From assembly GCA_013298625.1 (NCBI GenBank), contig JAAFIF010000068.1, positions 1 to 54,475 of the forward strand: a stretch of DNA of 54,475 nt. Direction: 5' to 3'. How positions within the stretch are numbered: the first letter of the stretch is position 1; each line of letters begins with the position of its first letter. Below are positions 37,186-47,415 of the stretch, in pieces. The translations under genes and the position numbers were made by a program. Below the pieces are notes generated by a model. The model saw only the letters and a list, made by a program, of their open reading frames with translations. It did not search any database and was not told the origin of the DNA. Source of the DNA: Myxococcales bacterium. Its GTDB lineage: Bacteria; Myxococcota_A; Polyangia; Polyangiales; Ga0077539.

Positions 37186-37901
37186 GGGCCGTCCACGCAC
37201 CGCGCGCCGAAGACGTCTTCGAAGTGCCCCACGGCGCGCCGCGCGAACCACTGAAGGCCCGGCAGGTCTTCGACGCCCAGCGACTCGAGCGAGCAGACGG
37301 GGTGCTCTTTGATTCCGCACGGGACGATCATCGAGAAGTCGTCGAGGCGCGTGCGGACGTTGAGCGCGAACCCGTGCTGCGTGACCCACCTGGAAATCTT
37401 CACGCCGATCGCGCCGATCTTCGCCGGCCTGCGCGCGAGCTCGTCGCCCGGCCACGCCGCGCGCGGCGCCTCGAGGTCCACCCACGCGCCGATCATCGAG
37501 TGGTGCGCGCCTGCGCCGATCGAGAAGTCACCGCACAAGCGAGACATCACTTCGACGAGGTCGCGAACGTACTTGCGCACGTCGCAGCGGTCCGGGCGCA
37601 GGTCGAAGATCGGGTACGCCACGAGCTGTCCAGGGCCGTGGTACGTGACGTCTCCGCCGCGGGTGGTGCTGACGAGCTCGACCCCGCGCGCCGCGCGCTC
37701 GTCGTCGGAGACGATCACGTTGGAGCCGTCGGCGCTGCGGCCGAGCGTCAGGACCGGGTCGTGCTCGAGCAAGAGCAGCGTGTCCGTGCCCTCTCCGCGC
37801 TTGCGCCGCTCGCAGAGCTCGATCTGCATGTTCATCGCGCGCTCGTAGGGCACGCGGCCGAGCCAGCGCGCCGCGAACGTCCGAGTGGTAGCCACCGTCA
37901 T
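37182..37901 (-). CDS. lipB: lipoyl(octanoyl) transferase
   Basis: LLLLEHDPVLTLGRS...GGDVTYHGPGQLVAYPIFDL...KIGAIGVKISRWVTQHGFALNV. Confidence 0.85.
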   Translation of the reverse strand: MTVATTRTFAARWLGRVPYERAMNMQIELCERRKRGEGTDTLLLLEHDPVLTLGRSADGSNVIVSDDERAARGVELVSTTRGGDVTYHGPGQLVAYPIFDLRPDRCDVRKYVRDLVEVMSRLCGDFSIGAGAHHSMIGAWVDLEAPRAAWPGDELARRPAKIGAIGVKISRWVTQHGFALNVRTRLDDFSMIVPCGIKEHPVCSLESLGVEDLPGLQWFARRAVGHFEDVFGARCVDGP

Positions 37902-37960
37902 GCCGCGGGACGATGGCTCACTTTCTCGCGGGCGGCCACTGCTCTCGCGCTGCGAACGCT

Positions 37961-38548
37961 TCAGCCGCGCTTGCGCTCGAAGATCCACTGCTCGCCGAGC
38001 ACGTCGTGCTCGTCGACGGCCACTTTGCGCAGGCCCACTTTTTCGAGCACTCGGACCGACGCGCGGTGCCACGGAAACGTCCGTGCTTGCACGGTGTGAA
38101 TGGGCTCTTGCGCGAGGGCCCACTCGATCGCCGCGTGCGTGGCCTCGGTGGCGTACCCCATGCGCTGCACGTCCTCGTCGACGCCGTAGCCCACCTCGGC
38201 GACGCCGTCCTCAGGAAACCCGTGAAACACCACGCTCCCGACCACGCGCCTCCGCTCGCCCTTCACGATCATCAAGCGATCGCCCCACAGTCGCCGGTCG
38301 GGCGCCGCGCGGATGCGGTCGAGCGACGCGGAGAAGGCGCGTTCGACCAGCGCGCGGCCCGGCCAACGCATGGGCATGTCCGCGCCGATGAGCCGCCGCG
38401 CGTCCTCGCGTCGATCGAGCATCACGGCTTCGACGATGGGCAGCGTGATGGGGACGAGCTCGAGCCTCGCCGTCTCGATCACGCTCGTCGGCGTGAGGAT
38501 CTCGCGCTGTGCGCCGCGCTGCTCGACCGCTCCGCTCCGGCTGTCCAT
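37961..38548 (-). CDS. GNAT-family N-acetyltransferase
   Basis: RVVGSVVFHGFP...VGYGVDEDVQRMGYATEATHAAIEWA (acetyl-CoA-binding motif A-like). Confidence 0.75.
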   Translation of the reverse strand: MDSRSGAVEQRGAQREILTPTSVIETARLELVPITLPIVEAVMLDRREDARRLIGADMPMRWPGRALVERAFSASLDRIRAAPDRRLWGDRLMIVKGERRRVVGSVVFHGFPEDGVAEVGYGVDEDVQRMGYATEATHAAIEWALAQEPIHTVQARTFPWHRASVRVLEKVGLRKVAVDEHDVLGEQWIFERKRG

Positions 38549-38591
38549 GCAGTGTGTTGTGAACGACTTTTCTGCGACAATCCACCGCGCG

Positions 38592-39290
38592 ATGCGTCAC
38601 GAAACACACGACACACCGCGGCAGCGGGCGGGCCTCGTGCTCGCTCTCTCCCTGCTCGCGCTCCCGTCGCTCACCCGCGCAGACGGCGGTCCCATCCGCT
38701 ACCCGGGTCGCTGGCAGCTCACCCAGTACTGGATCGCTCGCGAGCGCGCGGGCGAGCGCGACCGTCGCGCTTCACCGCTGTTTTCTCGGGGCGGACGCGC
38801 GATCACCTACGCGTGTCCCACGTTCGTCACCGACCTCACCATGGAGGGCACGGGCCTCACCTGGGACGATCGCTTGCTCAACTGGGACGGCCGCGAGCAA
38901 GAGCGCGCGTGCTTCGTCGAAGTCGACCGCGGGAGCTATCCCTACGGCATCGGCGTGCAGGGATTCTCGCTCGTCCCGTACCGCTCGTTGGCCGTCGATC
39001 GCAGGTACATCCCCGTCGGACACACCGTCGAGATGAGCGAGCTCGCGGGCCTGCGCTTGCCCGATGGGAGCGTGCACGACGGGTGCTTCGTCGCCGTCGA
39101 CGGCGGCGGGGCGATCGTCGGGCACCACATCGACCTGTTCGTTCCGAGTCAAGCCGATTGGCAGCGGTTGTCGCTGGCCAGGCAGCTGCCGACCGCTGTG
39201 CGCTCGGTGGTCGTGGACGCGCCTCGATGCCGCTCTGCGCAGCGATTTGCCTGGATTCCGCTCGCAACGGACCCGGCCCTCGCGCGCTGA
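38592..39290 (+). CDS. secreted 3D-domain (MltA/RlpA-like) protein
   Basis: Signal peptide AGLVLALSLLALPSLTRADG. The C-terminus has CFVAVDGGGAIVGHHIDLFV (3D-domain Asp triad). Confidence 0.7.
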   Translation: MRHETHDTPRQRAGLVLALSLLALPSLTRADGGPIRYPGRWQLTQYWIARERAGERDRRASPLFSRGGRAITYACPTFVTDLTMEGTGLTWDDRLLNWDGREQERACFVEVDRGSYPYGIGVQGFSLVPYRSLAVDRRYIPVGHTVEMSELAGLRLPDGSVHDGCFVAVDGGGAIVGHHIDLFVPSQADWQRLSLARQLPTAVRSVVVDAPRCRSAQRFAWIPLATDPALAR

Positions 39291-39355
39291 GCAACCCATG
39301 GCTGCGCGTGGTTTCGTGCTGCCAACCCGCGGCTGGGGACGGTAGAGTCCCTTTC

Positions 39356-41185
39356 ATGCTCACCGATCGCGCGCGCCCCTCGGCGCTGACGGCGAAGACC
39401 CATCGCTCGACCGTTCGACCCTTCGCGCTGCTCGCCCTCGTCCCCGCGACGATCACCGCTGGTTGCGCTCCGGTCGCCTCCGACGCGCCCGCGCCCATGG
39501 CGATGCGAGTGCGCGTCCCGCAGATCACGCTCGATCGCCTCGACGCGCAGCTGCACTTGCGCGTGTTCGAGAAGACCGGCGACCTCGACTGCAACACCGC
39601 CACGGGCCGCGTCACGGGCACCAACGCGTACGAGACCATCGCGGGTCGCAACGTTCCGCCCAACGAGCGCTGCGATGCCACGCGCTGGGCGCAGCTTCGA
39701 ATGACCGCGGGAGAAGCCTCGCCCGTCGATACCTGCTTCGATAAGAGCATGCCGATGCAGCCGCAGCGCGTCCCCGGCGGCAAGCGCTACATCGTCCTCG
39801 TCGAAGGCTCTGGCACGACGCCCACCCCCGGCGGCGGAACGCGAACCCGCACCCTCGGCTCGGGCTGCGCCGTGGTCAACACCATGCCCGGCGCCACCGT
39901 CAGCGTCGCGATCGAGATGCAAGAGATCGCCGACGTGGGCGTGTGCGGCGACATGGTCGTCTCGTCCGACGAGGTCTGCGACGAGGGCATGGCCACGCCC
40001 ACGTGCAACGCGCGCTGCCGCATCCCCGAGATCACCGCGTCGGGCACGATGGGACCCAAGGGCCGCCCCTCGCTCGCGTGGTCGATGTCGAACAACATGG
40101 TCGTCGGCTTCGCGATGGCCGACACCGCCAGCGACCCGATGCTGCGCTTGCTGAGCCCCACCGGCGAGCTCATCACCAGCCCCGCGATCAACGCGCGAGA
40201 CAACCCCCTCGACGCCATGGCGCGCAGCGAGCAGTCCAACGTGCGCGTCGCGTCGAGCCCGACAGGCTACGCCGCGGTGTGGCAGACCCTCGAGTCCACG
40301 GCGTACAACATCAACGGCTTCGGGACGAACAACTTCGACGCGCCGGTCGCGCAGCAAATGCTCGTCAACCCGACAACCATGCCGGGCGTTCAAGGCATGG
40401 TGAACCCCGCCGTCGCCATCGGCGGGACGCGCGTGGTCTTCGTGTGGGAAGACTCGGACGCGCGAGTGATTCGCACGTCGAACACAACGCTGGCTGCGAC
40501 CACCGCGGCTCCCATGGCAGACACGCCGCTCGTGATCGCGGCGATGCCGGGGGGCTCCAACGGAGCGGCTCCAGTGATCGCGGCGCTCGCAGACGGCACG
40601 TTCGTCGTCGCATGGGTGGGCGGAGGCGTCGGCGCCAAGGACATCTACGCGGTCAAGCTCAGCGCTGCGGGCGTCGCGATGGGCACGCCCATCACCGTCA
40701 ACACGCAGACCGGCAACGACCAGGACCAGCCCGCGATCGGCACCAACGGAACAGACGTGGTGATCGCGTGGCGCGACGCGAGCCTCGGCGATCCGATGGA
40801 CATGAGCGGGAGCGCGGTGCGCTTTCGGCACTTCAACGGCTCGCTCACCCCGAGCGGGATGGACCACCTCGCGCCCACGACGGTCGAGGGAGATCAGTCG
40901 AATCCCACCGTCGCGATGGCGTCCACCGGGACGTACTTCGTCGGCTGGCAGCACGCGGGCGGGACCATTCGGGGCCGGCTCTTTCGCGCGGACGGCGCGC
41001 TCGTGGTCAATCGCTTCAACGCGAGCACCGCGGACTTCGAGGCCAACGCGAGCGCCGACGAGATGGGGCCCGCCGGAGGAAACAGGCAGTTTCCGTCCGC
41101 TGCTTTCGGCGGCGCGGGTCGCTTCGCGGTCGGCTGGCTCGACGGCGCGAGCAACGATATTCGTGTGCGCGTATTCATCGAGTGA
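39356..41185 (+). CDS. lipoprotein with myxobacterial Cys-rich repeat and beta-propeller-like repeats
   Basis: ALLALVPATITAGC lipobox; CGDMVVSSDEVCDEGMATPTCNARC. Its stop overlaps the start of the kinase gene. Confidence 0.65.
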   Translation: MLTDRARPSALTAKTHRSTVRPFALLALVPATITAGCAPVASDAPAPMAMRVRVPQITLDRLDAQLHLRVFEKTGDLDCNTATGRVTGTNAYETIAGRNVPPNERCDATRWAQLRMTAGEASPVDTCFDKSMPMQPQRVPGGKRYIVLVEGSGTTPTPGGGTRTRTLGSGCAVVNTMPGATVSVAIEMQEIADVGVCGDMVVSSDEVCDEGMATPTCNARCRIPEITASGTMGPKGRPSLAWSMSNNMVVGFAMADTASDPMLRLLSPTGELITSPAINARDNPLDAMARSEQSNVRVASSPTGYAAVWQTLESTAYNINGFGTNNFDAPVAQQMLVNPTTMPGVQGMVNPAVAIGGTRVVFVWEDSDARVIRTSNTTLAATTAAPMADTPLVIAAMPGGSNGAAPVIAALADGTFVVAWVGGGVGAKDIYAVKLSAAGVAMGTPITVNTQTGNDQDQPAIGTNGTDVVIAWRDASLGDPMDMSGSAVRFRHFNGSLTPSGMDHLAPTTVEGDQSNPTVAMASTGTYFVGWQHAGGTIRGRLFRADGALVVNRFNASTADFEANASADEMGPAGGNRQFPSAAFGGAGRFAVGWLDGASNDIRVRVFIE

Positions 41186-43146
41186 TGGCTGAGTCCGAGC
41201 GCAAAGCAGGAGCCGTCATCGCCCATCGCTACACGCTCGAGCGTCAGCTCGGGGAGGGAGCGTTCGGCGAGGTGTGGATCGCCACCGACGCGAAGGCGTT
41301 CGGCCGTCGCGTCGCCGTGAAGTTTTTGCTTCAGCAGCACCTCGCCAACGAAGAGGTCGTGCGGAGGTTTCAGCAAGAAGGCCAGGCGACCGCGGCGCTC
41401 TCGCACCCCAACGTCGTGGCGCTGCTCGAGTTCGGCGAGGACGCGCAGCACATCCCGTATCTGGTCAGCGAGTTCGTCGAGGGCGAGCCGCTGCGACGGG
41501 TGCTCGACCGCTGCGTCGAAGAGAAGCGCTTGCTGCCCGTCGACGACGTGCTCGCGATCTTTCGACAGGCGTGCGCAGGGGTGCTCGCAGCGCACCAGAA
41601 GAAGATCGTTCATCGGGACCTCAAGCCCGAGAACATCATGGTGCAAAACATCGGGACGCCCGCGGTCGTCGTGAAGGTCCTCGACTTCGGCGTCGCGCGC
41701 ATCCTCGGCAAAGACAGCCAACAATCCCTCGGCCGCACCGAGGTCGGAAAGATCATCGGCTCGCTTCAGTACATGTCCCCCGAGCAAGTGCTCGGCGACG
41801 TGCGCAGCATCGATCGACGCACGGACATCTTCGCGATGGCCGCGGTGCTGTTCGAGTTGTTCGCGCAGCGCCCCGCGTTCGACGGCGGCTCGTACCAAGA
41901 GGTGATCGGCAAGATCCTCGACCCCAATCGACCGAAGCTCGCCGCGCTTCGACCCGACGTTGGCCCCGCGCTCGACCCGGTCTTCGAACGGGCGTTCGCG
42001 ATGCACCGCGACCAGCGCTACGGCGAGGTCACCGAGCTGCTCGAAGCCGCCGAGCAAGCGCTCGCTGGGCACGTTCGACCGCGCAGAACCACGGGAATTC
42101 GCCAGCCGATCGTCGTCGTTCCAGACCTCTCGGGGCAGTGGGGCGCGGCGAAAGAAGCGCCGCCTACGCAAGAAGTCGAGCAGCCGCGCAAGAGCAACGC
42201 AAACGCCGAGGTCACCGTCGACGAAGAGCTGCCCGAAGAGCAGCCGACAGGGCGACCGTGGCTCGTGTTTTTGACGGTGTTCGTTGTCGTCGCCGTCGGC
42301 GGTTCGCTCGCTGGGACCGCGCTCGTCCGTCGTCGCAACGCGCAGCTCGCGGACGCCGACGCGGGCGCGGCCGCGACGCCCATCGTCGACGCCGCCGCCG
42401 CGCGCTCGTCGTGGACCGCGCCGCCCGAAGACGCCGCGCAGTGGGCGCTCGTCGATGCCCCTGCGGCGCCTGTCGCGCTCGGTCGCGCGCGTCCCACGGA
42501 CGATCGCGGAGGCTTGCTGCCCGCAGCGCACGCGCAGTTCGCCGGACCGTCGTTTCGGATCATGAAGCGCGAGGTCACCTACGGTGAGTTCGAGCCCTGG
42601 TACGAAGCCAATCAGCCACAGCCGCTGCGGGTGCCATCTTGGGTTCCGTCGCTCGCAGAAGCGCGCGCGGCGCTGCCCGTGGTCAACGTGTCGTGGGCCA
42701 GCGCGCGGGCGTACTGCGAGGCCATCGGCGCGACGTTGCCGAGCGAAGAGCAGTGGGAGTTCGCGGGCCGCCGCGCCACGGGCAGACTCGACCCGTGGAC
42801 GGGCCCAGCTCCCGCGGATTTGCCTGCGTTTCAACCGGGCAGAGGGCGCTTGCAGCCCGTCGGCTCGTACGCCGCGGACGTCACCGAAGAGGGCATCTCG
42901 GGACTCGCGACCAACGGCACCGAGTGGACGCTCTCGCCGTATCGCGAGGACAACGGCAGCGAGCGCGCGGACTACGTCGGCTACTACGTCGTGCGCGGAC
43001 TGCCGCTCGTGCAGCCGTTGCCCGTTGCCGTCGTGCCTGCGTCGCTCTTGCACCGCAACGCGGGCTGCGCCAAGCCGGTGTGCGCCGTGAGCGAGCGCGA
43101 GATGATCGAAGACGTGGGATTTCGCTGCGTAAAGCCCACAGGATAG
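41185..43146 (+). CDS. Ser/Thr protein kinase fused via TM segment to C-terminal FGE-sulfatase (SUMF1-like) domain
   Basis: GEGAFGEVW, VAVK, HRDLKPEN, DFGVA; TM helix WLVFLTVFVVVAVGG. C-terminal FGE-like RIMKREVTYGEFEPW...NGTEWT...GFRCV. Confidence 0.85.
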   Translation: MAESERKAGAVIAHRYTLERQLGEGAFGEVWIATDAKAFGRRVAVKFLLQQHLANEEVVRRFQQEGQATAALSHPNVVALLEFGEDAQHIPYLVSEFVEGEPLRRVLDRCVEEKRLLPVDDVLAIFRQACAGVLAAHQKKIVHRDLKPENIMVQNIGTPAVVVKVLDFGVARILGKDSQQSLGRTEVGKIIGSLQYMSPEQVLGDVRSIDRRTDIFAMAAVLFELFAQRPAFDGGSYQEVIGKILDPNRPKLAALRPDVGPALDPVFERAFAMHRDQRYGEVTELLEAAEQALAGHVRPRRTTGIRQPIVVVPDLSGQWGAAKEAPPTQEVEQPRKSNANAEVTVDEELPEEQPTGRPWLVFLTVFVVVAVGGSLAGTALVRRRNAQLADADAGAAATPIVDAAAARSSWTAPPEDAAQWALVDAPAAPVALGRARPTDDRGGLLPAAHAQFAGPSFRIMKREVTYGEFEPWYEANQPQPLRVPSWVPSLAEARAALPVVNVSWASARAYCEAIGATLPSEEQWEFAGRRATGRLDPWTGPAPADLPAFQPGRGRLQPVGSYAADVTEEGISGLATNGTEWTLSPYREDNGSERADYVGYYVVRGLPLVQPLPVAVVPASLLHRNAGCAKPVCAVSEREMIEDVGFRCVKPTG

Positions 43147-43157
43147 CCCGCCGCGCT

Positions 43158-44858
43158 TCAGTGAATCGAGTAGCCGAGCGACACGACGGCTTGGCCGCCG
43201 ACGCCAAACGGCGGGCTCGCGGCGACGACCGTGTTGATTCCGCCGCCCATCGGCATGGTGGACATCTGCCGATCCCATCCTGCGGGGACCTGCGAGACCT
43301 CTCTGTTTCCCAAGCTGCCCGCCGCGGCGGGGTCGTTCTGCAGCAGTCGCAGCAAGAACAATCCGCGCACGTCGATGGCGACGAAGAGGCCCGCCACGAG
43401 GCGGATGGTGGAGCGATAGCTGAGCTGAGTCGCGAGCGCTCCGCCCGAGAATTCCCAGCCGACGCCGAGCCCGACGCGCCACGCGTGACGCTCGCTGACG
43501 CCCTGCTGCCCCACGTCGAGCACCGCGAGGTGCATCGGCGCGGTCGTGATGCACCAGCCCGGATCCGAGCGCGTCACCGAGCCTGTCATCTGCGACGGAT
43601 CGGGGCAGGGCCGCGGGTCCGTCGTGTTGCCGGACGCCCACGTGTTGCCCGGCCCGTACGTGTAGATCGCTGAGAGCGACAGGTCGCCCGCGATCAGCGT
43701 CGCGGCGCCAGAGACCACACCGTTGTTGTACGCCGCTTGCCCGGTGTGAATGGCCCGGTTGCTGTCCGTCGTCGTCATCGCAAACCCCGCGACGTACGCG
43801 TTGGGAAAGTACACGAACTGATACCCCCCGCCCGCGCTCAGCTGCACGCCAGGGCCGTGACCCCAACGCGTCGCTCGTCGCTCGGCCTCTTCTCTCGCCA
43901 GCTGCTCCCTCCGCAACCGCTCTTCTTCTGCCTGCGTCGCTCTCTCAGCGGCCACTCTCGCTTCGAGCGTCGGATCGATGCACCCGCGGTTGGCCTGATA
44001 CCGATACCCGTCGGGGCACACGACGTCGGCCACGCAGTTCGCGCCCTCCACGTGTGATCCCTCTGGGCAGCGGTTCGTCTGCACAACGCTCGCGACGCAC
44101 TGCCCGCTCTCTGCGCGAAAGCCCGCGTCGCACACGCACGATCGTCGCTCTCCGTCCCACCGCGAGTGCGTGATCGCGCTGCACACCGACCGGCACTGCC
44201 CGTCGATCCACTGCTCGCCCTCGACGCACACGTGGTCGGGCGCGCAGCGGTCTCCATCAACGTGATGCAGCGCCGGGCACACCAGCGGCGCGACGCACCC
44301 GCGGCCCTCGACGAACTGCGTGTTCGCTGGGCACGTCGGCGTCGCGACACAACCGCCCTCGGGCCGCCGCGTCGTGCCCGTGGGGCACGTCACGTCTTGC
44401 GATACGCACGCGCCGTTGGTGAGCACCGTCCCGCTCGGGCACGTCACGTCGGTGACGCAACGATTGCCGTCGAGCCTGCTGCCTTCGGGGCACGTGATCT
44501 GCGACATGCACTGGCCGTCGCGCCGCTCGGTCCCCGGCGGGCACGCGACCGCGTCCGCCACGCAACGGCTGCCCTCGGGGTGCGAACCCGAAGGACACAC
44601 GCGACGACCGACGCACGCGCGCTGCTGCTCGTTCCACGTGGTGCCAGCGGGGCAGCGAACGGTGGGCGGGGGCGCCTGCGCCGCGCCACAGCAGCCGTTG
44701 CTGTCGCGCACTTCGCCGACGAGGCAGGTGCGACGGCACTCTTGCGCGCTCGCCGTCGCGCTCACCGCAGTGGCCGTCAACAACGCCACTCCCCCGAGCA
44801 GCGCCGACGCGATCCCCGAGCTTGCCCTGCGAGTCTGCTGCGGTTTCACGCGCAGCAT
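43158..44858 (-). CDS. secreted Cys-rich repeat protein with C-terminal beta-rich domain
   Basis: Signal peptide ASALLGGVALLTATAVSATASAQ, followed by about 15 repeats of CPxGxxxxxGxCV. Confidence 0.65.
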   Translation of the reverse strand: MLRVKPQQTRRASSGIASALLGGVALLTATAVSATASAQECRRTCLVGEVRDSNGCCGAAQAPPPTVRCPAGTTWNEQQRACVGRRVCPSGSHPEGSRCVADAVACPPGTERRDGQCMSQITCPEGSRLDGNRCVTDVTCPSGTVLTNGACVSQDVTCPTGTTRRPEGGCVATPTCPANTQFVEGRGCVAPLVCPALHHVDGDRCAPDHVCVEGEQWIDGQCRSVCSAITHSRWDGERRSCVCDAGFRAESGQCVASVVQTNRCPEGSHVEGANCVADVVCPDGYRYQANRGCIDPTLEARVAAERATQAEEERLRREQLAREEAERRATRWGHGPGVQLSAGGGYQFVYFPNAYVAGFAMTTTDSNRAIHTGQAAYNNGVVSGAATLIAGDLSLSAIYTYGPGNTWASGNTTDPRPCPDPSQMTGSVTRSDPGWCITTAPMHLAVLDVGQQGVSERHAWRVGLGVGWEFSGGALATQLSYRSTIRLVAGLFVAIDVRGLFLLRLLQNDPAAAGSLGNREVSQVPAGWDRQMSTMPMGGGINTVVAASPPFGVGGQAVVSLGYSIH

Positions 44859-44892
44859 CGTGGCAGAAACGCCCCCCTGGCGCTACCGCAGG

Positions 44893-47415
44893 TTACTCCT
44901 TCGCGCCTTCGCCGAGGGCCTTCGGCTCGCGCCCCGCGACCTTCGCGAGCACATCCGCGACGGACGTCCCCGCGAGCAGCCGCCCGAGCACGTCGGACAC
45001 GCTCTCTCCGCCGAGGATCGCGAGCGGCGCCATGCTCTGGGCCATCTTCTCTGCGAGCGCGCGGTCTCCGAACGCTTGCAGCGCCGCGATGAGGTCCGGC
45101 GAAAACGCCTTCGCTTTCTCCGCCGCGGCCTTCACCTGCGCGTCGAGCTCGCGCAGCGTTCGGTCGCTCTCGGCGCGGGCCACTTCGTCGTCGAACTGCG
45201 CCCGCGCGCGCTCGCGGGCGAGCTGTGCGGTCGCGACCGAGTCGAGCAGCTGCTGCAGCGCGACCTCGGCCTTGTGTCGGTTCTCTCGGGTGTCTGCCTC
45301 GGCTCGAATGCGCGTGAGCTCGACCTCGTGCTTGCGCTCGACCTCGCGCCCTTCGATGTCGAGCAGCTGCAGCTTGGTGGTGGCTTCGAGCGTCGCGGAC
45401 TCTTGCCGCGTCGACTCGCGCGCGCGGGTGAGCTCGAGCCTCCTGCGCTCGGCGGCCACGGCCAACGCTTGCTGCACCGATGCGTGCTGGGCTTCGACGA
45501 GCAGCTTGGCGATGGTCTCGTCGCCGATCGAGACGCCGAGCACTTCGACGTCGTACACGCGCATGCCGTTCTCGCTGAAGCGTCGGCCTGGGCGCTTTCC
45601 GTCCTCGCCTTGCGCGCCGAGGATGATGTCTCGCACGATGGTGACGGCGTTGCCGTAGAAGTGCTCGACGCCGTGCTGCTTGACCGCGTGACGCAGCAGC
45701 GATCGCAGGTGATCCGTCAGGAATTTTACGTAGTTTTCTGCGGCGAACCACTGCGCGGGCTCGCCCTCGAAGTCGACCCTGTACGACAGGCGCATGTGCA
45801 CCTTCACGAGGTCGGTGGTCTCGGCTTCGACCAGGTCGCTGACCTTGTTGTTCTTCACGCGCAGGTACGCCGTGCGCATCAAGCGGTCGTCGCTCTTCGG
45901 CGTGCCGGTGCTGAGCTCCATCGCTTGCAGCGTCTCGTCGTACTCGAGCAAGAAGGTGGTGGGTCCCACTTCGACGCGGCGCTTTCCGGCGCGGGATTTC
46001 ACGAGCACGGCGTAGCCGGTCCACAGGTCGATCGAGACCGCGCCCTCGAAGCGGTTGTCGAGCACGATGGTGCGCGGCGGCGTGAACGTTTGATTTCGTG
46101 TGACCGCGTCGCCGACGAAGGCCGCTTCGGTCTTGGCGCGCTCGTTGGGCTCTGGCGCCTTGCGTTGACCGGCTTGCCGCGCCTCGTCGTCGATGACGAA
46201 CTCGTTGCCCGCCTCGCTGCGCTTGAGCGCCGAGAGCCGCGCGTTGTACTCGAGCGCCTCTTTGTTGCCGGGAAACAGCAGCTCGACGTTCTTCGGGTCG
46301 AGCACCTTGCGCACGATCACCTCGCGGCGCGGGTCCGGCAGAAACACCGTGGGGCCGCGCTCGAGGCGGATGTTGCCCTGCGTGCGATCGAGGACGTACC
46401 GCGCTTCACCGGCGGGGATCGCCACGCCGTAGTGAATCTCGCGGCCGCCGTAGCGGATCATCGCGTGCTCGGGGCGAGGAAAGTAGATCATCTGCTCGCG
46501 GCCGGTGATGAACAGCTCGTCGCCGACCTTGTAGCTCTTGCCGCCCTCGTCGTAGGGCGCGATCACCTTCACGTAGACGCCCGAGATTTCGGTCAGCTCG
46601 ATCGCGCGAAACTTACGGCTCGCGTTGCGCTCGATGAAGGTCTCGGTCGGCCGAGGAAACACCACCGCGGGCCCCTGGATGAACCGCTTGTTGCCGTCCT
46701 CGTCGAGCAGGATCGTGTACTCGAGCCGCTCGAGCGTGACCGCGTCGCGCACGTACTTGCCCTGCTCGTCCGCGACGATCTCGATGCCCGTCGGCGGAAT
46801 GTAGAAGCTCACGTCCGTCCCACGGATCACCAGGTGTTTGCCCATGGTGAGCTCGGGCACGTTCTTCGACGGGTCGAGCACGCCTTGCTCCGTCGCTTCG
46901 GCGAGCGCGTCGCCGCCGGGCGTGGTCTGCCGCTTGATGACCGCCTTGGCCCAGTTGGTCTTCGCCGCCTCTTCGTCGTACACGCGCACGAGCAGGTACT
47001 GATTGGACCGAAGGCTGTGGCCGGGGACCACCTTCACCATCTGTCCCGGCCAGAGCGCGTACGAGACCGGGCCGGGCGTGTTGACCTTGCGGCCCACGTC
47101 GAGGTCCGGGAGGTTGTTGAGCGCCCCGGTGCGCGGGTGCGAGCTGTCCCGCGCGGGGTTCTTCAGGACCAGGTACCAGCCCTCTGGAGCGACGGCGTGC
47201 ACGCCGATCGCCTGCTCGAGCGTCACGCGCTTGAAGCGCTTGGTGTCGTAGTCGAACACCACGGGCTGATCCGTGTTGGCGAGGCTCGTCTTGTGCGGCC
47301 CCACGTACACGTTGATGTTGCCCTTGGTCTCGTCCGAGATGAACGCGAACTCGTTGGGCGCCAACACCAGATCGCGCTCGCGCCCACGCTCTCGTCCCAG
47401 ATCCCTCTCGTTCAT
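44893..47415 (-). CDS. major vault protein (MVP) homologue, full length
   Basis: The N-terminus EFAFISDETKGNINVYVGPHKTSLANTDQPVVFD...NPARD parallels human MVP [41 protein letters not shown]...NPVSRD. The shoulder (TTDLVKVHMRLSYRVDFEG...VEHFYGNAVTIVRDIILG), the cap-helix coiled coil and the C-terminal cap ring also align. Confidence 0.8.
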   Translation of the reverse strand: MNERDLGRERGRERDLVLAPNEFAFISDETKGNINVYVGPHKTSLANTDQPVVFDYDTKRFKRVTLEQAIGVHAVAPEGWYLVLKNPARDSSHPRTGALNNLPDLDVGRKVNTPGPVSYALWPGQMVKVVPGHSLRSNQYLLVRVYDEEAAKTNWAKAVIKRQTTPGGDALAEATEQGVLDPSKNVPELTMGKHLVIRGTDVSFYIPPTGIEIVADEQGKYVRDAVTLERLEYTILLDEDGNKRFIQGPAVVFPRPTETFIERNASRKFRAIELTEISGVYVKVIAPYDEGGKSYKVGDELFITGREQMIYFPRPEHAMIRYGGREIHYGVAIPAGEARYVLDRTQGNIRLERGPTVFLPDPRREVIVRKVLDPKNVELLFPGNKEALEYNARLSALKRSEAGNEFVIDDEARQAGQRKAPEPNERAKTEAAFVGDAVTRNQTFTPPRTIVLDNRFEGAVSIDLWTGYAVLVKSRAGKRRVEVGPTTFLLEYDETLQAMELSTGTPKSDDRLMRTAYLRVKNNKVSDLVEAETTDLVKVHMRLSYRVDFEGEPAQWFAAENYVKFLTDHLRSLLRHAVKQHGVEHFYGNAVTIVRDIILGAQGEDGKRPGRRFSENGMRVYDVEVLGVSIGDETIAKLLVEAQHASVQQALAVAAERRRLELTRARESTRQESATLEATTKLQLLDIEGREVERKHEVELTRIRAEADTRENRHKAEVALQQLLDSVATAQLARERARAQFDDEVARAESDRTLRELDAQVKAAAEKAKAFSPDLIAALQAFGDRALAEKMAQSMAPLAILGGESVSDVLGRLLAGTSVADVLAKVAGREPKALGEGAKE

